From Cycas panzhihuaensis (lineage: Eukaryota; Plantae; Cycadophyta): DNA of 64,000 nucleotides. A model generated the notes under the pieces. That model did no database searches. It was not told the origin of the DNA and saw only the letters and a list, made by a program, of their open reading frames with translations. Made by a program: the position numbers and the translations under genes. Positions 36,991-50,926 of this stretch are shown one piece after another. How positions within the stretch are numbered: the stretch's first letter is position 1; each line of letters starts with the position of its first letter. The stretch lies in NCBI GenBank assembly GCA_023213395.1, contig CM041465.1, positions 169,639,741 through 169,703,740 on the forward strand, in the 5' to 3' direction.

Positions 36991-39900
36991 AATGAAATGA
37001 AGCAATGAAAGACTGCAGAGAAGCAACATGTTTTGAGACTCATTTTTTAGCATTTTGCTAAGTAGTGAATACTAATTTTGAACATTTTTCACATGTAATC
37101 ACTTTGGAAAGTTGTTATCCAGGCCAGTTAAGCCAAGAGGTTCAAAAACATCTTAGCATATATATTACAAAATAAGGAATGCAACATTGAAGAACTAAAA
37201 TGCAAATTTAAAATTTGAAAATAGTTGGCCTTTAGCATGCTGTTTCATATCAGGCATGAATTTGCCACTATTAGGGTTCAACGAAATCAAAAGATGATGA
37301 TCTTACACTGAGAAATATGATAAAAACTTTTGCTAAATATAAAGGGGTCGTGACATAAGATGCTGCAGGAAATCTAACATACTATCATCCTCAAGGGGCT
37401 TTTTAAGACAAACAGAGGCGCAAGGGTAAGTGAACACAAAATACTCTAATCAAATAAAGAGAGCATTGAGAGCTTGAGGAGGTAGAACAATTGCGGAAAG
37501 AAAGAACCCATCTGACTGACACTGCTTTATCGTCTAGCCTCAAGCGCCTGCACAAAGTCCCTTGGCAACAAAACTAGGGGTTGCAACTCAGAGGTACACG
37601 CTTTGCCACATTCAAGACTCAAGTATATCGACTAACACATCCAAATGATGGCACTATCAAGCAATGAGAGCTTCCATTACATGAAGCGACGATCCAGGAG
37701 GTCATAAACGAGACCTAGAGTGAGATAAGACCCTTGAAGTCCTCACCTGGAGCAACTTCCTGAGGAGGTCATGAACGGGACCTGGAGCAACTTCCTCAGG
37801 AGGTTGTGAATGGGACCTGGAGTGAGATAAAACCCTTGAAGCCCTCACCTAGAGAAACTTCCTCAAGAGGTCGTGAATGAGACCTGGAGTAACTTCCTCA
37901 GGAGGTCATGAACGAGACCTGGAGTGAGATAACATCCTTGAAGCCCTCACCTGGAGCAACTTCCTCTGATACCATTCAATATGTCGATGACCTGCAACCT
38001 CAACCAACCTGCAATGAAGGAACACCACCGCCACAATCGTAAAAGGTAGGGTTTCAACCCTATTACCCCCTTGAACTCCAAATTGAAATTCAATTTAGTC
38101 CAAAAATAACATCAGGTCCGTGCCTTTTTTTTTTCTTATTTCGTTTTTATAATATATATATACATATAAATATAATCTAAGTTATAAACCCCCTCTTATA
38201 ACATGTGATTTATATCCTCTCTCACCCCCCCTTCCTTACACTTTATTATAAAAATTAATTGCCCCTTTATAATGTTCGTTTAATAAATCAAAATAAACAA
38301 TTTCCCTACACTCTATATAATTTCATCTAATATGATGAGTTTATAAACAAACCCTTTGTTATTATAAACACTCTTTAGACCTCTCCCTTATGACATTTGG
38401 TTTAAGAATCAACTCCTTTTCCTATTTAATTTCATACTTATTATATCTCTCCCTAACATTTTGTTAAACTTTTCTTGTAATATTTATCCTTTTATCCCTC
38501 CTACACTATGATAGATATACAAACATACCATTCCTCTTTTATTGCTATTTAAAAATTAATTATTTCTCTATTATAATTTATAAATATATTAACTGAGAAC
38601 AATCAATATATCCCTCCTTTTTATAGTTAATCTTCATATATATACAAATAACTTGTAAATTAAAGTAAAATATTTTTCGTCCTCAACATCATTTTCATTT
38701 TAAGACACCTAAATTACTCATTAATTCTTTTAAATAAATGTATTTTATACTTTATTATTTGTTACTCAACAAAAGTTAAACAATAATAAAGGAATCTAAA
38801 GAAAACACTTATTTTTTAAGGGGGGCTATTTACGTTAAGGGGGTCTATTTAATATTTTAAGGATTAAGGGGGACTATTCATCTTTTAAGGAAAGTGGGAA
38901 CATATAATTCTTTCTAAGGGAAAAGGTATTTATTTATCTTATTATGCTAGTTAGTCTTTAATCATGACTATGAAATTTTAATCTAATGTTTGAAAACCTT
39001 ACTAAGTGATTATTTCTTCACCTATTCTTATATTTTTTTAATCTCCAATCAAACTCCAAAATTTTCAATATGGCTTTAATGCCAGGATCAACCACCTACA
39101 TTCCAATTCCAGTTTTAACTAGCTCAAACTATGCCAACTAGAGGAATCACATATCCCATCAACTTAAACAGTAAAAGATGTGGTGATATGTAATAGGTGA
39201 ATTTAAAAAACCAACTGATGAAACTTTAGATAGTTATATGGTATATCTGATGAACTCAGATTTAGCCCTAGGTACTATCTTGAACTCACTTTCACAAGAA
39301 ATCAGTCGGTAGTTTCTTAAAACGGACGATCTTGCCACTATCTGGAACACTTTATAGGAAAAATATGATAAGGTCGATATACATGAATTGGCTGTCTTAT
39401 AACAACAATTGTATGACCTTACTAATGATGATTTTTCTAAAGTTGAAGATTTTTTATGTAAAATTTAACTAATTAATAAAGACCTAGGTAACTGTATTAA
39501 ATTCAAAACCAAAGTAGATGATACTGAACAAATAATCACGCATGCTAAAGATGACGATACACTCAAAAGTCTTACAATAAACAAATTACCAAAATATTTT
39601 AATTTTTTTAAAACTGCCAGACAACAATCTAGTAATCCTTCTATAACATTCAATTAGTTGACAAACCAACTGATTTAACATCAAACAATGTTAATTCAAA
39701 TAGCCATATTAAAAGATCCTTCCCAGGCTTTATTTTCCAAAACTAAGCCACAAAATAAAAACACACATCAAAATAATTTTAATAGTAATCTAAAATTTCA
39801 GAAACCTCATAGAGGTTCACCACTTAACTCTCAAAATAATATTAAGTATTCTGCTCCATCTAAATATTAAAATAATACTAATTAGTCATTTCCTAACTGG

Positions 39901-42900
39901 AACAATGTAAATTCTTCTCAAAATACTAGTTGTGCCTATTATCATAAAAGAGGCCACACTATTGATGTCTGTAGAAGTAGAGCATGGAAAGATTCCAAGG
40001 GATTACAAAACTGAATCCTGATCTCAAAACTAACAAACTAATAATCGATCTCTAACGGTAATAACTTTTACATTTGTTGCCCCAACTAATCAACCACCAT
40101 AATGGATCCTTGACTCTGGTGCATCCCATCATATAATAGGACACCAGAAAAACTTATCCACTTATCAATACAAAACTAACTTTGAAAAAGAGATTTCTTT
40201 TAGAAGTGGAACTCAACTTAAAGTAAAAGGATCAGGTGATGTTACTTTAAAAGATTGTTCAATAACAAATGTCTTCTATGTACCAAGTTTGTTACCAAAC
40301 CTACTCTTAGTTTATCAAATTTGTGAGAAAGACCTTATCGTTGAATTCTAGAAAGATAAATTTATCATTAAAGAGCCATTAAATAAATTTAAATGCATTG
40401 CCCTAGGACTTGTTGATCATAGAACAGGTCTCTATAGTTTAACAAATTTACAAAATAACAAAACAAATTCCTTTAGTGCCTTCATTGCCAAATTTGACTA
40501 AGTTAGTAAACTTTGACATGCACGATTTGGCTATACAAGTTATGACAAATTTTAATATCTAAAAAGACATGATATGGTTCATGGTCTTCCAACCTTAAAT
40601 ACTACGTATGGTGTTTACGAAGCCTGTGTAATAGGTAAGCAACATATGGACCATTTTCCATATAAAACCCAATTCAGAGCGAAAGTTCTACTTGAACTTG
40701 TTCACTCTCACATATGTGGACCATTTCATGTAACATCATACTCTAGCTCTCATTATTTTGTTACATTTATTGATGATTTCTATAGAAAATGTTAGGTTTA
40801 CATACTCAAAACATATAGTCAAGTGTTTGACATTTTTATTGAATTCAAAACGCTTGTTGAAAACTAATCAAACTCAAAAATTAAAATTTTTAGATCTGAT
40901 AATACCAAGGAATACTTAAGTGGAAAATTTATTTCCTTCTGTAAAAAGTACATAATTCAATTTTAGCATTCTGTTGCATACACTCCTTAACAAAATAGTA
41001 TTGCTGAATGTAAGAACCGCACTCTTGTTGAGATGACTCATTGTATGTTACATGCAAAGAACCTTGACCTAAAGTTGTGGGCAGAAGCAATTAACTACTC
41101 CAATTATCTTCAAAATTGTCTACCTAGTAAATGCCTATAAAACGTTACTCTAGAACAAAAACAATCTGGAAGAAAACCTTTAGTTAATCATTTACGAATC
41201 TTTAGAAGTATTGCATAGGGACACGTTCCCAAAGAAAAACGCAAGAAACTAGATCCTAAGAGTCAAAAATACATCTTCGTTGGATACAATGAAGAAAGTA
41301 AAGCTTATAGACTTTTGGATCTAGTCACACATTAAATTTTAATTTTATGTGACGTCATATTTGATGAAGAAGGATCTTCTTCAACCTCTAGTTATATAGA
41401 ACTTCCGGTTGAAAATCTGTTAACCAACACCTATTTGGTTCACCCCTCTGAAAAATAAGTTGACTCTAAAATCATAGAATTCTTGTCTACTCAAGTCCAG
41501 AATTGAACTCTATTTAAACCTACTGAAATAGACTCTTCTTCTCAATCTAGCTCCTTAAATCAACTTGTAACTATAGAAATAAGTACCAACAAGTAACCTG
41601 TCTAGACAAAGAAAACGCTTGTTGATGCTCGATATGATATTGGTAATCCTTCAGATACTAAGCGAACACGTGCCAAAAAATTACATGCTAACTATGCCTT
41701 AATAGCCAAAATAATGGACAATAATGATCCTAAAACCTTTAAAGAAGTTAGCAACAATCATGTATGGCAGGAAGCTATGCAAACTGAATTTGATGCTTTA
41801 ATTAAGAATTTAACTTGGGATCTCGTACCGCTCCCATCGAGGAAAAATGTAGTTGACTGTAACTGGATTTATAGAACAAAATATAACTCAATAGGTGTAG
41901 TTAAAAAATATAAAGATCACCTAGTTGCAAAAGGATTTTATCAAATTGATGGCATTAATTATAACGAAACCATTGCCCCTATTGCAAAGATGAATATAAT
42001 TAAAACAATTATTGCTCTAGCAGCCAAGTTGAGTTGGGAAATCCATCAAATGGATGTAAAGAGTGTATTTCTGAATGGTGATCTCAAAGAAGAGATCTAC
42101 ATGTCTCAGTCACCTAGCTTTATTAATAATCCTAATTTAGTTTGTAAACTAAAGAAATCTATTTGTGGATTAAAATAAACTCCTCAAGTTTGGTACACTA
42201 AAGTTGATGATTATCTAATTCAAATTGGATACACCAGATGTATTAGTGATCCAAATCTATATTTCAAACATAAAAATAAAAATATTACTATTTTAATCAT
42301 GTATATTGATGATATCATAATCACTGGATCATCAACTAATAACATTCATCATTTAAAATCTACTTTAATAAATAAATTTAAAATGACCGATTTAGGTCTC
42401 CTACATTATTTTCTTGGATTACAAATTTATTAACATGATTTAAAAATCACTATATCTCAACCTAAATATATTTTAGACTTAATTCAACAGTTTAACATGG
42501 AAAATGCTAAACCTGTCTTTAATCCATTATAATCAGGAGTAAAATTATCTACTGATTGTTCATCACCTTTATATGATCCTACATTATATAGACAAATAAT
42601 TGGTAGTCTTATTTATTTAACTCATACCCGCCCTGATATATCCTATGTTGTCACTTTATGTTCATGTTATATGCAACACCCACATGAATCACATTAGAAA
42701 CTGCTAAATGTATATTACGATATCTTTAAAACACTATTTTTTATGGTTTAACTTATAATTTCTGTAATAAACCTTTAACTTTAACATGATATACCGATTC
42801 AGATTGGGTAGGTGATACAAATGATCAAAAATCTACATCAGGTTATGTGTTTTTTATAGATTCGTCACCTATTACTTAGTCTAGTAAGAAAATATAGGCA

Positions 42901-43859
42901 CTAGCTCTATCAATGACTAAAGTTGAATATCGTGCACTTGTTGAAACTAACAAAGAAGCACTTTGGCTCAAATCTCTTCTAAATGAAATTGGTTTGTCTT
43001 CTAACTCATCCATTGAACTTAAAGTTGATAATCAAAGTGCCATTACTATTGCTACAAATCTAGTAGCATATTCTAGAACTAAACATATAGAATTACATCA
43101 ATATTTTATTCGTAATCTTATTACTAATAACATTATTCATTTGTCTTATTATCCTACAGATCTATATGTTGCTGACATACTCACAAAGTCTTTAACTAAT
43201 GTCAAGTTTCTAAACCTGCAAGATTTGTTAAAAATAAAAGAAGTCTCCATCAAAAGGGGATCAATGTGATGAAGATCTTCTTTATAAAAGTTTACATTAA
43301 AGGGGGGTGTTAGGATTATTAATGTTATTTTTATGTTATTATTTAAGTCACATGTGTAAATTTATATTTAAGTGATTCTAATGTTTAAAGTTTAGCCTTT
43401 ATTTAATCATTATGTGAAAGGTTGTTAAAATGTATAACTTCCCATTTCAACGAACCTTTCTTGTTATTAATATCTTCTTTTAGATTCAAGGAAGTGGTTT
43501 CAAGAATCTAAGAGATTGTCAAAAGCCTTTTTCAAAGGCTAGTTTAGTCATACGTAGGTGGTTTGCTTATGGTTTTATATATATCCTTTGCTTTTAATAA
43601 AAGTTTAGATTATGAGGTGGTTTTTCTTCCCCATAAGGGGTTTTCCACCTGGCAAATTGTGTGTACTTGTACAATGTCTTTTTCCTATATTTTTTCTATC
43701 TATGTGATCCTGTGACATTGTGCATGTACCAATTCTCATAGGTTTTATATAAAAACTATTTTCTTTTCTTTTATTTCCTTCAAGATTTGATATTTGAGCT
43801 ACTTCTAGATCAAGGAGGGGAATACATAATTGAATTATAGGGGGCATCATCAACCAACA
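36990..43859 (+). mobile_element. Degraded Ty1/Copia element, copy A: about 2-kb leader, gag-pol 39070-43269, PPT, 3' LTR 43308-43859; 5' LTR and PBS not found
   Basis: [101 protein letters not shown]; AGGGGGG|TGTT...AACA. Confidence 0.92.
37695..37966 (+). repeat. Composite tandem array (about 67-bp and 34-bp units) in the Copia leader; paralog at about 54775-55046
   Basis: Repeated GAGGTCATGAACGRGACCTGGAG, GAGATAA..CCCTTGAAGCCCTCAC and CAACTTCCTCAG modules. Confidence 0.88.
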
Positions 43860-43968
43860 TTAAATTATGTCACCATCTATACCATCACAAGAATGAAGTA
43901 GAGAGAATTATTGAAAATATGGGTAATATCACTAAGAAAGAGTCTATACACTCCCTAATTAAGAATAG

Positions 43969-45290
43969 TTTTTTTTTTTTTGATAAGGTAAAAAATAATA
44001 TTAGAAGGGTTTTTTTGCCAAGTCCTCAAACCTTATACATCAAGGGCTAGCCAGCCTAAGGCAGATGACCATGATAAGCCTATGGCCTAGCTCATTCTAA
44101 GAACACACCATTCACCTCCTACCTGTTACCATTATATCCAGAAGATTCCATTCTAGTTAGACTTAGAAGCTCCTTCGGGAAGTTCCTTTTCCAATCCCTG
44201 TTCTTTTTATTTGCCACTGCCCAATTTGCCAATCAGTCTGCCACCTTGTTTCCTTCCCTATACATATGTTAAATCTGAACACTCTGTTTAGATCTCAATA
44301 CATCTTGCGCGTCCCTGATAAACTCACTAGTGCTCCACTCCAACTCCGTTCCTCCCTTTAAACTCTTAATCACAATCAAGGAATCACCTTTAACTAAAAC
44401 TTTCTATTCCTCCATCTCTTCCAGCATGGTTACAGCCTTATACATTGTCCTCACCTCTACTCCATGATTTGATCGACAACCATAGTACTCAGCAAATGCC
44501 CATATCATAGTTCTGGTATAATCCCTACACAACCCGCTTCCCCTAGCCTCCTTGGGATTGCCTTTAACTGTGCCATGAAAATTTATTTTAATCCTTGTTA
44601 CATCGAGCAGTGTCCAAATCGTTTCCCTCCTATTCTCGTTCCCACCCCTTAGATGACATATGTCCTATCAATCTAGGATGCTTTCCTCCCCCAATGGGAT
44701 TCTATCCTCCTTGGGGGGTTTTAACATCTCTAGAATGCCCCTTTTGATCATGTTAAGTAGCTTCTCTTCCTCCATCTCCTTTCCTCGAAAAATTCTCCTA
44801 TTACGCTCCTTCCATATATTCTAAGTACCTATTGGGAGGATTAACTTCCAAAATCTTCCCAATGTTTTACTCTTGAATGGGGAAACCCAGGATTTCCATT
44901 GATCCCTCAAAGATAAAGAGGGGACCCCAGCCTATTCCCATTATGGACCAGAAGCCACTCCAGATCCCTCTCGAATAAGGGCAGTGAATACTCAAGTGAT
45001 CTAGGGACTTAGCCTCCTCTCTACATAACTCGCACCTGTTCACCACATAGATACCACACTTCAGTAGATTATCCATTGTTAGAAGCTTGTTTTGTAAACA
45101 TAACCACCAAAAGGCGGCAACCTTTGGAATAAGCCCCACTTTCCAAACCCTTGCCAGCATGACATTCTTAGTCCATCCTTCTTTCTCTAACAATGATTTA
45201 TATCCATCTTTAACTGAGTAGGATCCTGAAGGTAACAGAGCCTAAACCAGGGAGTCTGGGGGGGCCTCTTTGGAATATACTGTTGGTTTA
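43969..45290 (-). mobile_element. 5'-truncated L1-type LINE (zf-RVT, RNase H-like) at the junction of the segmental duplication
   Basis: T13 tract at 43969-43981; WKVGLIPKVAAFWWLCLQNKLLTMDNL..RCELCREEAKSLDHLSIHCPYSRGIW; KINFHGTVKGNP; HMYREGNKVAD. No short TSD found. Confidence 0.9.
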
Positions 45291-45726
45291 TACTTGTTGA
45301 TAGTTGTATTATTATTTTTTAATAGAAAATGCTTTATAAAAGCATATATCTTGCTCATATCCTTGAAAGAACGACAAATTAGTTACCTCAAATGAGAATG
45401 AATGAATCACAAATTGGTTGCTTTAGACATAAACATAACTTCTCAACTCATTTGCTTAGAGACTTGGTCTTGAAATGAAGTTAACTATTTGATTGATCCA
45501 TATATCTAAAGGAGGTTTCTATTCAACTGGTGATTGTAATGACTAGTTACCAATGCCTTCTGATAGATGGACCTTTCTTCATACAATCTTCAGTAGATTT
45601 TATTTATAGTTTGCATATACAACTAATACCATTTGGAGCTAATCTTCATTTATTCCAGAATCTTCTATGTAATATACATATGTAACATTAAACATTATGA
45701 GGGGATGCTAAAACATAATGTTTAAT

Positions 45727-47339
45727 ATGTAAGGAAGATGTTAGAATAAAGGGTTCACTAGTGCCTAGGGGATGGAAAGATAATTGACTTTTGGGAGGAT
45801 ATTTGGTGTGTTAACTCAATTCAATAAAAGGTCGACCCTTGAACCTTTATAGGGTGTTTTTGAAAGTAATTATAGAAAAAATGTGGAGGATTATTGGGAG
45901 TCTTTTAAGGACTAGAAGGTTTGGAAAAACTTTAATGATATCCATTTTGAAGATGGGGAGCTTTATAAGGCAACTCTCAACGTAGAGATAAATAAAATGT
46001 ATATCCTCAGATTCCCCAAAAATGATTCTATGGTTTGGCCCAAATACCCCCTAGGGTCCTATATGGTCAAAATAGGTTACATGTTCTTAATATCTTAGAA
46101 AGATATTAGTGAAGATAAGCTCCTTGGGGGAATATGGAAAATGGGCTTAATCCCTAAGATAACTATATTTTGGTGGTTGTGCCTTAAGAATAAGATTCTT
46201 ACCCTTGATAACTTAAGGAAAAGGGGGTTCGTGTTGGCTAACAAATGCATTCTCTATCACTGGGAGGAGGAGTATATGGATCACATGTCCATACATAACC
46301 CCTACTCCTAGGTGGTGCGGATGAGGTTAGGGAGATCCTTTGGGGTATCTTGGGTTCTCCCTCAGATGGTGAAGGACCTTGCTATTACCTGGGTAAGCCC
46401 TTATAGGAGTAAGACCTTGAGCTCCTTATGGTTAAAGTCCTTTCCTACAATGCTATGGAATATTTAGAAATAAAGGAATAGGCATACCTTTCAAGATAGA
46501 AGTTTGAATGAAGTAAAACTTTATGGGATTATAAAGGCTAGTTTAAAGGAGTCCCTTAAGGAAAAGGAGGAAGGCTTTATTCCACATGAGGAACAAAATA
46601 TTTTGGCAAGCTAGGGTATAGAGAACCTTAAGCATAGGGTTGATACAAAGAGGTAAGTAGTTTGGTCCCCCATACAGGAAGACTGGGTTAAAGTTAATTT
46701 TGATGGTGCATTTAAAGGAAATCCTAGAGAGGCAGGGGGAGGTGGTATTTGCAGAGACAATAGAGTACAATTCTCTGGGGCTTTGTGAAATATTATAGCT
46801 CTAAGACAAACCACAAGGCAGAGCTTGAAGTGATGAGAAGAGATATTGATTTGGTCAGCCGTGAAGGGTATCCTAAAGTCATGTTGGAAGGGGACTCCTA
46901 AAACATGATAGAAATATTTAAAGGAGAAGCAAAGATGGATTGGAAATATAGGGCCATGGTTAATGATGTCAAGGTGATGCTTCAAAGGAGCATAGGCATC
47001 ATGATAGGTCATATCTATAGGGAAGGAAATAAAACAGTAGAGTGGCTAGCAAATTGGGGGGTACAATTCAAAAGGAACAAAATGTGGAAGGATGATTTTC
47101 TAGTGGAGTTGTTGGGTCTAGTCAAGGAAGATATGGGGGGCTTTAGAAGTGATGGGACAGTAGTAAAGTAGCCATTGGTCTTGTCATGGTAAGAGAATAG
47201 GTTGATAGTTTAGCATCTTATGACTAGCTAGGCCGTCGGCTTATCACAGTGGATGTTTGTAGCCATTTTAGGTAGTTTTTGTAAAGGGGTTGGGGTCCCC
47301 TTTTAATCCTCCCATTTATTTAGACCATACAAAAAAAAA
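45727..47339 (+). mobile_element. Paralogous copy of the LINE at 10941-14432, 5' junction deleted
   Basis: Same ORF fragments (46905-47171); A-tail at about 47331-47339. Confidence 0.88.
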
Positions 47340-50300
47340 GTGCTCCTCTTAACTCTCGTAGGTATATTTTATTGTAATATTGAGATGTGTGTATGTGATG
47401 CACACTTATTCATGTAAACGTCCAATTGGTGGACTGAAGGGTTTTTTTATTTCATTGGTCTAAATATGAGGTCAATTATATTATAAGTATATATTCATTC
47501 CTAGTGCAATAATTTAGAAGGTAATTATTTTCTCATATCTTTATTTTATTACATTTTATACATCATTTTTGTTTATTTCATTTGTTATTTTATCTTTAAT
47601 CCTCATACTTATACCATATGTTATGTTCATATTTTTCTTTAGGATTTCAAAGGTAATATTTGAATCTGTATGTTTTAATAGTATAGGTTTATTATATGGC
47701 CTCTCCCTTCAGATGCTTTGCCCTTAAAAAGCATCATAATACAAAATTATATATGTCCACCACCTATCGTTGTTAGTATGTCATAGGTAGTGGTTTGTGA
47801 TGATGAGGAGATATCGTTGTTGTAGATTTTGTTGTTAAGAAAAAATACACAAGTCTACATTGATGGTGAAGTGGTCCTAAAAAGAATGAATCCTTTGTCT
47901 AACTATAAGAGCTGAAAAAATATGGGTCTATGGTGTAATAATATAGAAATCCATAATAATAAGAATCTAAATACTCTTATAACCTAAATGATGATGAAGC
48001 CAACTTGATATTTACACCTTCAAGTAAAGAGATTTCATCCTGTTAATCTAAAGTAAAATTTACCTTATCTTATTTTTCTTCTTTTTTTCCTTTCTTATGC
48101 TTGGCCTCTTCTTCTAGAAGGGTGCTTTGGTTAGGAATGAGTGTTTCAATATATTGATGAAGTATAAAAATAAAGAGGCCCCAATTTGGCCCTTAGGTAT
48201 TTTGGCATCACTCTTGTGCCTACGATTAAAGGGCATCTTCCAATTGTTAAATACCCAAGCAAAGCTTGTGATATTCTATCGAGCTAAGTTCTTCAAAGTA
48301 TATAAGTATGGATGCAAGCTAGTTATAAAAAACTGATAAAACCATCAAGATTAAAATAAAGTAGCTCAATCCTACTTTCTTCATCATTTGAGTGATCTTG
48401 TTCTTATAGAACTATTTTATCCTATAATAGATCATCTTGGTTTTAGACATCTTCTTTTGTGGAAGCTTTAATAGCTAAGCACATTCTTATTTCCCTTTGA
48501 AGTTTCATTTTAAAGGATGCCCAATCTAAATTTGGGTGTGAGAGATACCATTCCCAAGCTATTTGATAGAGGTCCCATCATAAGAATACCATAGTAAACA
48601 TGATCTTAGCGTAGTCCTACTTGAAGTAGTAAACTATAAAATAATCTTTAAAGAATTATTCTAGAGTGGAAACCCAGTTATAAAATTAAATGTGGCCATC
48701 CATCCCTAAGTAAGTGAGCTCAAGATCATCATTATAGTCAAAAAAGAATTGTTCATAGTCATGGTACTAATTAAGAAGACCATATTTTTCATATGGTACA
48801 AGTAAGTTCTTGCGAGCTCTTGGGTCTATTTATCTCTTCTTCTCCTTCCCCCTACCTTTTTTTGAGGGGGTGTCTATAACTAGTTAGCCATGCTAATATT
48901 ATGACCTTAAGAGTGATGGCATGCAACCCAAATTTGAATAGCCAAAAATTTGCAAAAATTACATTCTAAAATGACATGTAATTATAAGTATTTGACTTCA
49001 AAAATTAATATCTATTATAGGAAAGGTCCAAAATATGCCATATAATAGCCCAAATTGAAGCCCTCAAAACAAGGAACCCAACGAAACTAACAAATCTAGA
49101 TTCTGAGTCCATATGAAAAAGATATGATTAAAATTATGCAAACAAGTGAAAGCAAATTCAAAACCTATTTTAATCATCATTAAGCCCCTTTCCAAAGAGA
49201 AATTAGGTCTTGTGATGACTACATTTGACCACTTATTAATATAAAGGGGGGTTCATGGACTACAAACCAACCTCCAATCCACTTAAATTAAATAAACCCT
49301 TTGAATATATATATATATAGAAAAATTCACCTCAATTTTTTTTATACTACGCCGGTCAATGTGAATTGATCTAGTCAAGGTCAAGAAGTGCCAAATGATC
49401 GATGGCGAACTAATTTGGTTAATCAAGGAGTACCAAACGATAGATGATTGATTCTTCTTGAAGCTTTTGATGATTGCTTATTTAATGTAGAATAATAGGC
49501 AGAATAAAAGTCTAAGCATGAATTGTGATGCTTCTGTTAATGATTAGCCTTGCATGATTCATTGCATGATTTAGCCCTTTCTATGCCTCTATGCAATGAG
49601 AAACAAAGTGAATTGGAAGGTGAAAGGCAAGAGGGATAAGAGTTATATAGATATAATTTGAGCAATACCAATTGGAGGATAAATAAACTAGAAATTGACC
49701 TTATATCAATAGATTATTGGGATAGATGGCAAGATGTTGATTGGATTAGTTAAGGTCTTCTAGGATAGACATCTAACATGGAATTTGCATAGCACTCTAG
49801 ATACACAATAGTTGATTCATCTGTAGGCAAAGCACTTTTCTACTATTTTGTAGAGGCCACTCGAAACCCTTCTACAAGCCCTTTGATTTTATGGCTTAGT
49901 ACAGGCCCTGGATGCTCATCATTCAAATATGGAGAACTATAAGAACTTGGACCATTTGGTGTTAACCTAGATGGAAAATCTCTTTACAGAATTTTATACT
50001 CATGGAACCAACTGGCAAATACATTATTTTTGGAGTCTCCCATCGAGGTTGGATTCTCTTACTCAAACACTTCTTTATATTATAAAAAGAGTGGCAATAA
50101 AAAAATAATTGAAGTCTCATATACTTTTCTTGTGAATCGGTTTGAGACATTTCCTCAGTGTAAAAATTGAGACTTCATTAGACAACATAGGAATATATGA
50201 CTATTGGTGGACATATGTGTTGATATTTAATGAAACATATGGCAACATGTAGAAGTACTATAATTTCTCAAGTTAAGATCCACTCCAGTGAAAGCATGGT

Positions 50301-50926
50301 GATGAGCTCCTAAGCTGGGTTGATAATTATGGATGTAAAGAGTGCAAATCTCTTGTATTCTAGATCATCAATAGTATAAAACCCTCTAACCAACAATATG
50401 ACAATTTGTAACTAGATTGCCAATCCTTCAATAATATCATCTTCAACACCTGTAATAACAAGGTAGCCAAATTTTAAACACCCACAAGAAAGACTTGTTA
50501 ACTAAATCTTCAACTTGCTAAGCTACACAATCCCACGTTCTTACTATTATTAAATACTCCTACCTTATCCTCCTTAACTCTTAACCTTCTAACCTATTAC
50601 ATGTGGCATTGATTCATTACACTAATACATACACATTTTGAAGTGTATTATAGCTAGGGCACTCTTCACTTATCCACATTTTCCTAGATGTATAGTGAGT
50701 TATAACATTATGTAAAGTAATTAACTATGAAGGTGTCAAAATGGTTATAAGTGCATAATAAAGGCATGAATTAGATGGTTTCAATGAGAAATATAGTACT
50801 CTTAACACATATATTATCATAATAAAGGCTAATATTAGAGAAATAAAATCATAGTAAAGTATAATTCTAACTAATTTATGAGCAATAATGTCAAATAAAA
50901 AATACCTTTCTTAGCATTTGAGTTAA

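Noticed and set aside
43252-43270. Second PPT-like AAAAGGGGA followed by TGTGATG upstream of the real PPT
   Set aside because: No matching LTR to support an alternative boundary; it falls at the end of the pol frame.
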